This document shows positions 37,101-50,432 of a stretch of 64,000 nucleotides of DNA, piece by piece. The translations under genes were made by a program, and so were the position numbers. The DNA is from Eledone cirrhosa (Eukaryota). Below the pieces are notes generated by a model. It did no database searches. It was not told the DNA's origin and saw nothing but the letters and a program-made list of their open reading frames with translations. Location of the stretch: NCBI GenBank assembly GCA_964016885.1, contig OZ024764.1, positions 27,714,001 through 27,778,000 on the forward strand, in the 5' to 3' direction. Within the stretch, counting starts at the first letter, position 1. Each line of letters starts with the position of its first letter.

Positions 37101-39709
37101 CTCTCGTTTCCTCTCGCTCTCTCTCTCTCTCGTTTCATCTCTGTCTTCCTCTCTCTCGTTCCATCTCTCTCTTCCTCTCTCTCGTTCCATCTCTCTCTTC
37201 CTCTCTCTCGTTTCATCTGTCTCTCTCTCTGTCGTTTCATCTCGCGCTCTCTCTCTCTCGTTTCATCTCGCGCTCTCTCTCTCTCATTTCATCTCGCTCT
37301 CTCTCTCTCTCGTTTCATCTCTGTCTTCCTCTCTCTCTTCCTCTCTCTCGTTCCATCTCTCTCTTCCTCTCTCTCGTTTCATCTCTATCTCCCTCGTTTC
37401 ATCTCTCTCTCGCTCTCTCGTTTCATCTCTCTCTCCCTCTCGTTTCATCTCGCTCTCTCTCTTCTGTTTCATCTCGCTCTCTACTCTCGTCTCCTCTCTG
37501 TCGTTTCCTCTCTGTCTCGTTTCATCTCGCTCTCCCTGTCTCATTTCATCTCGCTCTCTCTCTCTCTCTTCCTCTCTGTCTCTTGTTTCAACACTCTAAT
37601 CCCTCACTTGTTTTATCTCTCTCTAATCCCTCACTTGTTTCATCTCTCTTAGAATTATTAGCCACAGGGGCAGAGATGTCCATAACATTACATGTCAGAA
37701 TTATTAGCCACAGGGCAGAGATGTCCATAACATTACATGTCAGAATTATTAGCCACAGGGGCAGAGATGTCCATAACATTACATGACAGAGTTTCATCTC
37801 GCTCTCTCTCTCTCTCGTTTCATCAGTGTCTTCCTCTCTCTCGTTCCATCTCTCTCTTGCTCTCTCTCGTTCCATCTCTATCTTCATCTCTCTCGTTTCA
37901 TCTCTATCTCCCTCCTTTCATCTGTCTCTCTCTCTGTCGTTTCATCTCGCGCTCTCTCTCTCTCGTTTCATCTCGCGCTCTCTCTCTCTTTCTCTCTCTC
38001 GTTTCATCTCTATCTCCCTCGTTTCATCTGTCTCTCGCTCTCTCGTTTCATCTCTCTCTCCCTCTCGTTTCATCTCGCTCTCTACTCTCGTTTCCTCTCT
38101 CTCGCGTTCCATCCCGCTCTCTCTCTCTCTCATTACATCTCGCTCTCTCTGTCTCGTTTCATCTCGCTCTCTCTCTCTCTCGTTTCATCTCGCTCTCACT
38201 CTCTCGTTTCATCTCGCTTCTCTCACTCTCGTGTTTCATCTCGCTCTCCCTGTCTCATTTCATCTCGCTCTCTCTCTCTCTTCCTCTCTCTCTCTTGTTT
38301 CAACACTCTAATCCCTCACTTGTTTCATCTCTCTCAGAATTATTAGCCACAGGGGCAGAGATGTCCATAACATTACATGTCAGAATTATTAGCCACAGGG
38401 CAGAGATGTCCATAACATTACATGTCAGAATTATTAGCCACAGGGGCAGAGATGTCCATAACATTACATGACAGAATTATTAGCCACAGGGGCAGAGATG
38501 TCCATAACATTACATGTCAGAATTATTAGACACAGGGCAGAGATGTCCATAACATTACATGTCAGAATTATTAGCCACAGGGGCAGAGATGTCCATAACA
38601 TTACATGTCAGAATTATTAGCCACAGGGGCCGAGATGTCCATAACATTACATGAAAGAATTATTAGCCACAGGGGCAGAGATGTCCATAACATTACATGA
38701 CAGAATTATTAGCCACAGGGGCAGAGATGTCCATAACATTACATGACAATTATTAGCCCCAAGGGCAGATATGTCCATAACATTACATGACAGAGTTTCA
38801 TCTGGCGCTCTCTCTCTTCCTCTCTCTCGTTTCATCTCTGTCTTCCTCTCTCTCGTTCCATCTCTCTCTTCCTCTCGCTCGTTCCATCTCTCTCTTCCTC
38901 TCTCTCGTTTCATCTCTATCTCCCTCCTTTCATCTGTCTCTCTCTCTGTCGTTTCATCTCGCGCTCTCTCTCTCTCGTTTCATCTCGCGCTCTCTCTCTC
39001 TCGTTTCATCTCTCTCTCTCTCTCGTTTCATCTCTGTCTTCCTCTCTCTCGTTCCATCTCTCTCTTCCTCTCTCTCGTTTCATCTCTATCTCCCTCGTTT
39101 CATCTCTCTCTCCCTCTCGTTTCATCTCGCTCTCTCTCTCCTGTTTCATCTCGCTCTCTACTCTCGTTTCCTCACTCTCGTTTCCTCTCTCTCTCGTTTC
39201 CTCTCTGTCTCGTTCCATCCCGCTCTCTCTCTCTCTCATTACATCTCGCTCTCTCTGTCTCGTTTCATCTCGCTCTCTCTCTCTCTCGTTTCATCTCGCT
39301 CTCACTCTCTCGTTTCATCTCGCTTCTCTCACTCTCGCGTTTCATCTCGCTCTCCCTGTCTCATTTCATCTTGCTCTCTCTCTCTCTTCCTCTCTCTCTC
39401 TTGTTTCAACACTCTAATCCCTCACTTGTTTTATCTCTCTCTAATCCCCCACGTGTTTCATCTCTCTCAGAATTATTAGCCACAGGGGCAGAGATGTCCA
39501 TAACATTACATGTCAGAATTATTAGCCACAGGGCAGAGATGTCCATAACATTACATGTCAGAATTATTAACCACAGGGGCAGAGATGTCCATAACATAAC
39601 ATGACAGAATTATTAGCCACAGGGGCAGAGATGTCCATAACATTACATGACAGAATTATTAGCCACAGGGGCAGATATGTCCATAACATTACATGACAGA
39701 GTTTCATCT
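28137..39709 (-). repeat. Same composite satellite in inverted orientation, with shorter monomers
   Basis: CT-rich blocks and reverse-complement 46-bp arrays starting near 28138, 29701, 30538, 31587, 32519, 33313, 34318, 35087, 35898, 36687, 37649, 38335 and 39467. Confidence 0.95.
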
Positions 39710-39748
39710 GGTTGGAGTAATAACAGTCTTGTTTATGTATATACACAC

Positions 39749-39780
<32 letters not shown>

Positions 39781-39884
39781 GTTTGTTCTTGTATTTCTAT
39801 AGAAAAGGTAAAGAAAAGAAGAATGCTCTATGTATTGTACAGAGCTATTTAATTACATAATAAACAACAGAATATAATTATTCC

Positions 39885-42239
39885 ATGCAAATAGACTTAG
39901 AATGGAAAACATTCAGACAGAGAAGAATGGATAATGAGCGTCGTAAGAGAAATTGGCCAACAATTAATATTAATGGAAATCTAGAAGAATTTCATATTAG
40001 TGATATGAATGTTTCGTGTGATCACTGTGAAGCTTTGAAATTTAGAAATGAAAATTGTAACTGTTGTAATAAAGGAAAGGTTGTGTTGCCTCCATTGCAA
40101 ATATACCCCGAGAGACTGAGAAATCTCTTTGAAAGAGGCCAGGAAGCAGTTGATTTCACAGAAACGTCTGCAATTAAAACTACATTTATTTCACTTCATT
40201 TGGTGTTACCACCCGGCAGAGGCCCGTATAGCTTTCATATTCAGGGTCAAACATATCACTACACCCCCATCTCTGTAACCTGCAGAAAATACACCACAAT
40301 ATGGCCAGTTATATATTATTGATGGGAACGAAGGTGTGTAGCACAGATTGGAAGTACGACCAAATAATTGTTTCTGGCACAAGGCCAGCAATTACTGGTA
40401 CTTTATTCTATCGACCTCATAAGGATGAAAACAAAGTCAACCTTGGAGGGATTTGAACCCAGAACGTAAAGGGCCATAACCCTATGCTGCAAAGCATGGT
40501 GTCTGACGCTCTACCGATACTGCCAATCCACCGCCCTAGTACCAACAAATAATGAGTGCTCACCACAAAAAATGGCTATGATAAGAGAGGTGTTGCGTGA
40601 TGTAATCCATATGTCGAAGTGTACAATACAATGCATGGCATCAAACAGCAAAGTGCAAGAAGAGAAAATTGTTGTGTACAGAACTGTAAATTAAGATTTA
40701 GAAGAGGATCAGATATGAGCTGCTAAAATTTACCAACTAGTAATGATAGCTGTTGTTTTGTGGGGGATTGAGGGCAGACCACCTGTACAAAGAGATATTA
40801 TCATCTTTCCTAAAGACCATCCTCCTCAGAATATATCACATAATTCATGCCACTTGGACCTCATGACCAACCCATAATGGTGAATTTTGGTGGCATAGTG
40901 ACATGGAGAGGAATGCAGGACCTGTGTTTGCAATAGACTGACAATGCAGGAGTATTACATATACAGTATAGCATATAGAGGAGGATTTAGTGCGATATAT
41001 AGGGCAGGTAAATTATTTTAGCAGTATTTAGTGGAAGCCTATATGAAAGTAGGGGGATGCAGGCTTCAATATTTGAGGAACAATCAAGCCCAATTGTGAG
41101 TGGATGAGTATAATGGTTTAATGAATTATCTAAACAGATGATAACACTGAGCCTTAAGAAATGAAGACAAGATAAGAAACAGAGAAGACATTGACAGAAT
41201 CGTGTCAGCAGAAATACCTGCATTGGAAGATGATCAAGTACTACATGAGCAGGTTTAAAAGTTTATGATACACGGGCCATGTGGTTCTGGAAACCCTTTT
41301 CCCCCATTTATACAAAATGGATTTTTCCAAAAGAACTATCCAAAAACCTACAGAAGGGAAACATTATTGAACCTAAATGGATACCCAGAGTACAGGAGGT
41401 GCAAGACAGGAACTGCAGTGTAAATTGGATGACATTCAGTAGATAACAGGAATGTTGTGCCATTTAATGCCTTTTTGCTTAAGAAATATTGTGCATATAT
41501 TAATGTTGAAGTTTGCGCTTCTGTAAAAAGTGTCAAGTACCTCTTTAAATATGTTACATGGGGCATGATTGTACATCTATAGAAGTAACGAATAATGCAT
41601 TACCTAATGAGGCTCAGAACCAACACAACCATGATGAAATAAGAACCTATCTTTGTTGCAGGTATGTGTCTCAGCCAGAAGCAGTGTCGTGTCTGTCCGA
41701 ATTTAAGCTTCATGGTACATCACATACATTATACAGCCTAGCCACACACCTGGAGAACAAACAGAGTTTACTTTCAAAGAGGCAATGCTCAGGTTGTGGT
41801 AGAAATGCAGGGACCCTTGCTGCCTGGTTCAAGCTAAATGAACTTGCTTACACCTTCTGGGATGCCGCCTCACAAACTCCAATTAAAAGCAGGATCAATA
41901 ATAATGCTTCTATGGAATATTTCAATCCAGAACAGATTATGTAATGGCACAAGATTAGAAGTAGTAGAACTGCATAAACATTTTATCAAAGCTTCTCATA
42001 TCTATGGTCCTTTGATGGGCAGGTGTGTTTTGATCCCAAGACTGAAGTTAGCCCCCAGTGGTGCCAACATCCTTTTTACTTCGGAAAGACCCCAGTTTCC
42101 ATTAAGACTGTCATATGCCATGACAATCAACAAGAACCATGGTCAAATACATGATAAAGTGGGTCTGTTCCTCCCTGAGCAAGTATTTAACCCTGGACAA
42201 TTGTATGTTGCTTTTTCAAGAGTTCACAGACAGATGTAA
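39885..42239 (+). mobile_element. Most complete Helitron Rep/helicase relic (empty site, still deleted and frameshifted)
   Basis: ORFs 39885-40322, 41558-41944 and 41838-42239 (LTPSGMPPHKLQLKAGSIIMLL..LCNGTRL..QFPLRLSYAMTINK..GQLYVAFSRV). Confidence 0.92.
40372..40536 (-). mobile_element. CORE-type SINE at the same position as 421-585
   Basis: Same sequence and flanks, so it predates both the unit duplication and the satellite insertion. Confidence 0.8.
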
Positions 42240-42571
42240 AAATTAATCCTAGCAAACCCCCACCACTCCTACAACTGTTAGCTGTTAGCCCACCCCCAGC
42301 ATCACCCAACCTCCGTTCTAGCCCCACCGTTAGAACCAATGCTGCTTACCCTGCCTCTTTTACTAGTTCACTCCGTCGCTCGAATTTCAAAGCTGGCCCT
42401 CTACACTTGGTCGTTGCCAGCTCACCACCTGGTTGTGCTCTCTGTGTCCGCACTAGCCGGTACCTAAACACAATAAAATGTCACCTGTGCTACCAAAACT
42501 ACCACAGGAACTCTGTCGGCATCAGCAAGGCTCAAGCCGAAAGGCTTCAATACTAGACCTGTAATCAGGGC
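42191..42571 (+). pseudogene. Second copy of the linker plus degenerate PHD finger
   Basis: Near-identical to 4867-5247 (offset 37324), with the same lesions. Confidence 0.62.
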
Positions 42572-42811
42572 CACTTTACCTCCGACGACCAGCTTTCTAC
42601 CGAGTGTGTGTTGATGGAGGGGACATGAGACCAGCAAAGTCCTAGGAGTAGAGACTAGTAAATAATAAACGGTCCTAGCTATGTTAAGAATATATATAAT
42701 AAAAATGTTCTATACATTTAAGAAGACAAGAGAAATAAATATTTACCTCTTTCATGTAGGTAATATAGCGGTGTTATAAAAGTATAATAACTGATGCGGG
42801 TAGTTTGTTTC

Positions 42812-43455
42812 AAACTATAACACATATAACTCTATCAGTGAAGCCCTTTAGTATAGGTCAACTGGGAAACTATAACACATATAACCCTATCAGTGAAGTC
42901 CTTTAGTATAGGTCAACTGGGAAACTATAACACATATAACCCTATCAGTGAAGTCCTTTAGTATAGGTCAACTGGGAAACTATAACACATATAACCCTAT
43001 CAGTGAAGTCCTTTAGTATAGGTCAACTGGGAAACTATAACACATATAACCCTATCAGTGAAGTCCTTTAGTATAGGTCAACTGGGAAACTATAACACAT
43101 ATAACCCTATCAGTGAAGCCCTCTGGGAAACTATAACACATATAACTCTATCAGTGAAGCCCTTTAGTATAGGTCAACTGGGAAACTATAACACATATAA
43201 CCCTATCAGTGAAGTCCTTTAGTATAGGTCAACTGGGAAACTATAACACATATAACCCTATCAGTGAAGTCCTTTAGTATAGGTCAACTGGGAAATTATA
43301 ACACATATAACCCTATCAGTGAAGTCCTTTAGTATAGGTCAACTGGGAAACTATAACACATATAACCCTATCAGTGAAGTCCTTTAGTATAGGTCAACTG
43401 GGAAACTATAACACATATAACCCTATCAGTGAAGTCCTTTAGTATAGGTCAACTA
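42812..43455 (+). repeat. 55-bp minisatellite, 12 units
   Basis: ctttagtata at 42846 and 42901 (period 55). One shortened unit, as in the first copy. Confidence 0.95.
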
Positions 43456-43606
43456 ACAGAAGTATTACGGGTATGGAAAAAATTCTAAATAAGCCTACAA
43501 CAGTCATTGCGGGCCACTCTGACTGGTCAGGTGGGCTCGATTGTGGCCCGCGGGCCGCCTGTTGTACGCCCCTCCTTTAGACAGAATATCTATCACTGTT
43601 AAATAA

Positions 43607-43816
43607 TAATGTGATCTGTCGGCCAACTACATTTTCCAGCCTGTGGCGTTTGGGGGAGTCGGGATACTGACTGCGAGATTCCTATCTTCACTGGCGGCTA
43701 GCCTGACGAAGGTGACTGGTGAAGCTCGTGAGGGCACTTGGTTGTTCCAGCTCCTCAGCCTCGCCATCGCCCGAGGTAACGCTGCAGACGTGCTGGCTTG
43801 CCTAAAAAATCATTAG
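43607..43816 (+). mobile_element. CRE-type 3' ORF fragment, paralog of 5898-6107
   Basis: Near-identical to 5898-6107. Confidence 0.72.
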
Positions 43817-44669
43817 AGAGGTTTCCCAGTGCTCCTCGCGATACTGTTAACTTTTGATCTAGTAGCAGCTCGTTTGTCCACCCCTTTCGCCTGCCTTTGG
43901 TTGTATGTCGTCCTAGATGTGTGTATTACCTGCTTGTGTGTTGTATGTGGTCCTAGATGTGTTATTACCTGCTTATGTGGTCCTAGATGTATGTATTACC
44001 TGCTGGTGTGTTGTATGTGGTCCCAGATGTGTGGATTACCTGTTTTTGTGTTGTATGTGGTCCCAAATGTGTGTGCTACCCGCTTCTGTGATTTGTTTCT
44101 TCTTCCTCTCTTCCGAGAAACAATCGTGTATTTTTTAAATCTATTCCATGCGTTAAGTAATTAGCAGCAACAACAAACTGATTTTCAGTTGTAAAAAGAA
44201 TCTTTAAACCTTCACCATTTACATTAACACATACCATACGTTGTCCCAGCCACAAATAAACAGTAAAAAAAACTTACTTTGCGGTTAAATTCGTCACAAT
44301 TAAAAGAAAAATATTTCTAACACGTTTCTAGACAACACCAAGTTTACACCTTCAATATCCGGTAAAAGTAAAAACAAATTCTGGAGACATTTAACGAAAC
44401 GAAACTATGTAAAGAAAAACGAAAATTAAACGAAGACAAATAGTAAATTTTAATTTTTATTAAATAAAATACCAGTAATTCACTGCAGTAGATTTAATCA
44501 ACTTTACTCTCTCTGCACAAAAGAAGAAAAAAATTCCTGACTTAGTGCTTAATATATAGAGAGGGGGAGAGTTTGGTGTTTCTTCATATAGAGAGGGGTA
44601 TTGGAAGAGAGTGCCGTGTAGTAGATATAGAGAGGGAGAGAGTTAGTGCTAATTGATATAAAGAGGGGG

Positions 44670-45707
44670 ATATTCAAATTATCCCCTGTGGGGCGTGCAC
44701 CCCACGTTGAGAATACCTCATAAATAAATATATGTGAGTGTGTTTCTATGACTGCTATTTCTAGCAGGTTTACTGCAGTCCTGTAGACGCACAACAAAAA
44801 CCGGAAGTGGCAGCCATTAAAAAACTTTGGCTTAAAATCAGGCAAAAGTTTTTTAACAATTTGCCAAGAAAGATAACTCTTGTCTTACTTAATCGCAAAA
44901 ATCGAGGCAAAAATTTTGCGGGTGTGCAGTTTGTTTGGTGTATTTGACTGCTATTTCTAGCATGTATGGACACTTTAGAAATAGCAGCGAAAAACGGAAA
45001 ACAGCAGAAAGAAGGACACACACCTATATATATATATATATATACCAGCTATACACTCACCCATACATATATATATATATATACCAGCTATACACACACC
45101 CATATCTACGTATAGGTGTGTGTGCGCGCGTGTATGTATATATAAATATATATATTTAAATGTATATATCTGTGCATATATATATGTATATATGTATATA
45201 TATATATATATATACAGATACATAATTATATATATATATATATACGTGTGTGACCTTCTTTCTTATGTTTCCCGTGTTTTGCTGCTATTTCTAAAGTGTC
45301 CATATATGCTAGAAATAGCAGTCAAATACACCAAACAAACTGCACACCCGCAACATTTTTGCCTCGATTTTTGCGATTAAGTAAGACAAGAGTTATCTTT
45401 CTTGGCAAATTGTTAAAAAACTTTTGCCTGATTTTAAGCCAAAGTTTTTTAATGGCTGCCACTTCCGGTTTTTGTTGTGCGTCTACAGGACTGCAGTAAA
45501 CCTGCTAGAAATAGCAGTCATAGCAACACACTCACATATATTTATTTATGAGGGATTCTCAACGTGGGGTGCACGCCCCACAGGGGATAATTTGAATATA
45601 ATAGGGGTCAATTTGAAAGTCATATAATACGACCCAACTCCCTGTTACACTTCGTATACACATGTTATCGTGTATCTGGCAGCACCTGCGAGAAGTTTGT
45701 TTACATT
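44670..45707. mobile_element. Fold-back element, paralog of 8429-9816, with both arms truncated
   Basis: Left arm 44670-45022 and right arm 45246-45707. ORF-track pairs 44770-45021(-) and 45296-45499(+). Confidence 0.85.
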
Positions 45708-45732
45708 AATAAAAACGATGATTCGTTGTCTT

Positions 45733-46783
45733 CAGTAGTTCCAAACCTTTTTTGCTCCATGCCCCACCTCAACGTTTAAAAATTAGGTTTATGTTCCCCT
45801 TTAATATAGAAATAAACCGAGTCTTGTAAAAGTGTTACTACTGTAATATAAAGTAGAAATGCTTTAATTAAACAAAGCTACGATGCCGCGATGATCAAAA
45901 CAAACTTCAAAATATAAACAAACTTCTCGTAGCTGCTGCCAGATACACGATAACATGTGAACAAAGTGTAACTGGAAGTTTGGTCGTATTATATCACTTT
46001 CTAATTGGCCCCTATTAAATTCAAATTGCCCCCTGTGGGGCGTGTACCCTTCGTTGAGAATCCCTGATATATAAATATACATAAGTGTGTTGTTATGACT
46101 GCTATTTCTAGTAGGTTTCTGGCTGTTCTGTAGACGCACAACAAAAACCGGAAGTGGCAGCCATTAAAAAACTTCGGCTTAAAATCAGCCAAAAGATTTT
46201 CAATAATAGTAAAATTTTATTTTTGACAAGGACGATAACTTTTGTCTTACTTAATCGCAAAAATCGAGGCAAAAATTTTGCGGGTGTCCAGTTAACACGC
46301 TAAAATAAACCTGCTAGAAATAGCAGTCATAGCCACTCACATATATTTATATATCATATATATATATATATATATATATATCAGCCAAACACACACACTT
46401 ATATATGTACGTGTGTGTGTGTTGACCGCTATATATATATATAGCAGCCAAACACATACACAGACACACATATATATATATATACATGTGTGTGTCCTCC
46501 TCTCGTCTATGGCTGTTATTTTTACATTGTCCTTTTTGTTATTTTTCTCGGGATTTGCCCGGATTCGAACATGCGACCACCTATTTACAATATAGAATCT
46601 TTACAGCTTTACTGACTTTTAAGTAATCCAAGTTGTAACCCCGGATTTAGGGGTGTTTAATTTATTTTGAAGTATTTTATTATTGGTCTTAGTTAGACGA
46701 TCGTCCAAGACCATGCTGGGGCATATATATATATATGTATATATATGTGTGTGTGTGTGTGTATGCTGGGGCATATATATATA

Positions 46784-46847
<64 letters not shown>

Positions 46848-47539
46848 CTGGGGCATATATATATATGTGTGTGTGTGTATATATATATATGTGTGTGTGT
46901 GTGTGTCCTTTCTGTTATTCGCTGCTATTTCTAAAGTGTCCATATATATATCATATATATATATATATGATATATAAATATATGTAAGTGAGTTGCTATG
47001 ACTGCTATTTCTAGCAGGTTTATTTTTAGCGTGTAAACTGCACACCCTCAAAATTTTTGCCTCGATTTTTGCGATTAAGTAAGACAAAAGTTATCGTCCT
47101 TGTCAAAAATAAAATTTTACTATTATTGAAAATCTTTTGGCTGATTTTAAGCCAAAGTTTTTTAATGGCTGCCACTTCCGGTTTTTGTTGTGCGTCTACA
47201 GGACTGCAGTAAACCTGCTAGAAATAGCAGTCATAGCAACACACTCACATATATTTATTTATGAGGGATTCTCAACGTGGGGTGCACGCCCCACAGGGGA
47301 TAATTTGAATATAATAGGGGTCAATTTGAAAGTCATATAATACGACCCAACTCCCTGTTACACTTCGTATACACATGTTATCGTGTATCTGGCAGCACCT
47401 GCGAGAAGTTTGTTTACATTTTGGGGTTTGCTTTGATGATCGCTGCATCGCAGCTTTGTTTAAATAAAGGGTTTCTACTTTATATTACAGTAATAACACT
47501 TTTACAAGACTCGGATTGTTTTTATATTAAAGGGGACAT
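45733..47539. mobile_element. Diverged fold-back element of the same family with a chimeric right arm
   Basis: Starts cagtagttccaaacc. Left arm runs to ~46350, then a microsatellite core, then a right arm ~46980-47539. Confidence 0.8.
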
Positions 47540-49689
47540 GTTTTTTAAACTCTGAACTCAGCATCTTTCTGTTGTTCTCCGGGATTCTAGCAAAGTATAA
47601 AAATATATATATATATATATAGATATATATATATATATCTGGCAGTCAACCTCAGACTCGAAAAAGCCGCCGCTAATCGTGATCGTTGGGGTTACAATTA
47701 GACTAAAGTGCTTCCACTGGGCACCATTAGCTGGTTGTGATCATTGGAGAATTCTTTCTGCGCTGAAAGAGCCTAGGACAAAAATATATATATATAGATG
47801 TCGAAACGGCAGTAGCACAGCCGTTGGGGTCCTGAATATTTTCACATCTATATATGTGTGTGTATTCTGCGACATTTATAATTACATAAGCAAGCATATT
47901 TGAATAACAAAATTTGAGGTTTAAATACTTTATTTTTTACCAATAACATAGAGAAAGGCATGAACAACACCACATGTTAATTACTTTAATATTGAAAGTA
48001 GGCTTATAAATATTAAAAAAGCAGATTTTTGTATCTTTCATGGTGGTCTGGTGGGTGATACCAGAGATGGTGGTAGTCCTGGTTTCGGTTTCAATCCTGG
48101 TCATGGGTTACATATAAGGTCTCATTTTTTTTTTTCTTTCTTTCAGTTTTCTTCTTATCTCTAGATATAAATATATATACATAAGGTAATTTGGTAGAAT
48201 TGTTAGAACATCAGATAGAATTCTTTGCAGTATTTTTCCTGTTCTTTACTCTGAGTTCAACTTTACCTTTCTTCCATTCGGTGTCGATAAGTCTTGAATA
48301 TGTCTAACGTAGCAATAACTGGAGCTACTTAACCAAGTTTTCCCAACCTAGTCGATGTCACCTACTGGTTGGCGATTTAAACTGTTGGCTGGGACAATGA
48401 CCAACTAATCAGTCAGATTCGAACTCACTATGTCTGGCATATATTTTATATTTTATATTTGAATGAAGTTCTGTAAGTAACCTGGTGGCTTAGATGGCAA
48501 TACTGCTCGAATAGATGGCTTCTATTATGAAGTTATAAGTTCATTCCCTATCCAGGATTGTAGAATTAATTTTATTTAGTTATTATTTAATCAATTGTTT
48601 TAACAAACAAATTCTGTCTATAAAACGCCAAATATAGTGAGTTCAAATCTGACTGACATGCATGGTATATATTTATGTTTCATTATACAGCGACACAATA
48701 CACAGGAACTTATAAAGATATGTATATATTGTCCAGGAGTTTCGAGTTTAGTGGGAATTGGTACAACTCTCAATTGGAGCTAGTCCCTGCAAGACCAGCA
48801 TAAATAATGTTATACCTTTTCATGAAATCTTGCACACCCGATATTTTATACATGATTATCTAAAGGTGAACAAAAACCAAAGAACATTGTGCAGCATTTC
48901 TCAACCTTTCTACCCATGTCGATCTCTTGAAATAGTTTTTATGTCTCAGGGAAGCCCTGCATAAAATATACTTTTTCTATCTCTAGAGCAGTGGTTCCCA
49001 AATCGTGTGCTGCGAGATGAAACAAGATGAGCTGCAAAAGACTAAGATTAAGTTTTATGATGTGAAAAATATAAAACTGAAATTTCATATAAAAGTTCAA
49101 ATATAGCTACAGCCACAAACCTAGGCTCCACACCCCGCAATGCAGAGGATAGTAAGATAGTACCAAGGCCTGACTCACCTCTTCCACTCCATTGAGACCT
49201 CTGCCATACTTGGTCCCTGTACTGCTGATTTCCTCCATAAAGTCGGGAGGAAAGATGACAGGAGCCTCATGAGGAGGGGCGACTATTGTAGCAGGTGTCT
49301 CTGGCCTTGCTCCGAGGTAACGCTTTTACGTTTCTTCCACAGGTTGCGGCTGAGGGACCACTTAGACTGGGGTGAAGTGTTTGTCCCTCCCCCGACTTCT
49401 TACTTCTTTTTTTTTCTCCTTTTCATTTTCTTTTCTCTTCTTGCTTATCTCTGCTATACCACGGCATCAAAAACATATATGATATATGTATGTATGGTAT
49501 AGGTGTATTTATATTTAGGATAGTTATCAAAGGTAAATAGACTGGTTGGAGCAATAACAGTCTTGTTTATGTATATACATATATATATATATTTACATGT
49601 TTGTTCTTGTATTTCCATAGAAAAGGTAAAGAAAAGAAGAGTGCTCTATGTATTGTACAGAGCTATTTAATTACATAATAAACAACAGA

Positions 49690-50432
49690 ATGGAAAACAT
49701 TCAGACAGAGAAGAATGGATAATGAGCGTTGTAAGAGAAATTGGCCAACAATTAATATTAATGGAAATGTAGAAGAATTTCATATTAGTGATATGAATGT
49801 TTCGTGTGATCACTGTGGAGCTTTGAAATTTAGAAATGAAAATTGTAACTGTTGTAATAAAGGAAAGGTTGTGTTGCCACCATTGCAAATATACCCTGAG
49901 AGACTGAGAAATCTCTTTGAAAGAGGCCAGGAAGCAGTTGATTTCACAGAAACATCTGCAATTAAAACTACATTTATTTCACTTCATTTGGTGTTACCAC
50001 CCGGCAGAGGCCCGTATAGCTTTCATATTCAGGGTCAAACATATCACTACACCCCCATCTCTGTAACCTGCAGAAAATACACCACAATATGACCAGTTAT
50101 ATATTATTGATGGGAACGAAGGTGTGTAGCACAGATTGGAAGTACAACCAAATAATTGTTTCTGGCACAAGGCCAGCAATTACTGGTACTTTATTCTATC
50201 GACCTCATAAGGATGAAAACAAAGTCAACCTTGGAGGGATTTGAACCCAGAACGTAAATGGCCATAACCCTATGCTGTAAAGCATGGTGTCTGGCGCTCT
50301 ACCGATACTGCCAATCCACTGCCCTAGTACCAACAAATAATGACTGCTCACCATAAAAAATGGCTATGATAAGAGAAGTGTTGCATGAACGTAATTCATA
50401 TGTCGAAGTGTACAATACAATGCATGGCATCA
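49690..50432 (+). mobile_element. Helitron N-terminal relic with SINE (~50160-50324, minus strand)
   Basis: ORF 49715-50092 and the same insertion junction ggcatca|caaatg. Confidence 0.85.

Larger units (their letters stand above)
39708..49541 (+). repeat. One complete ~9.8-kb unit of the segmental tandem repeat
   Basis: ctggttggag recurs at 39708 and 49542 (also 11786 and 14503). The content is colinear with 1-11785 apart from indels. Confidence 0.9.

Noticed and set aside
16200-39760. Long Ser/Leu/Phe-rich and Arg/Glu-rich ORFs up to 468 aa (also 1528-2979 and 51189-63875)
   Set aside because: They are translations of CT/GA repeats, open in several overlapping frames because the pyrimidine strand lacks stop codons.
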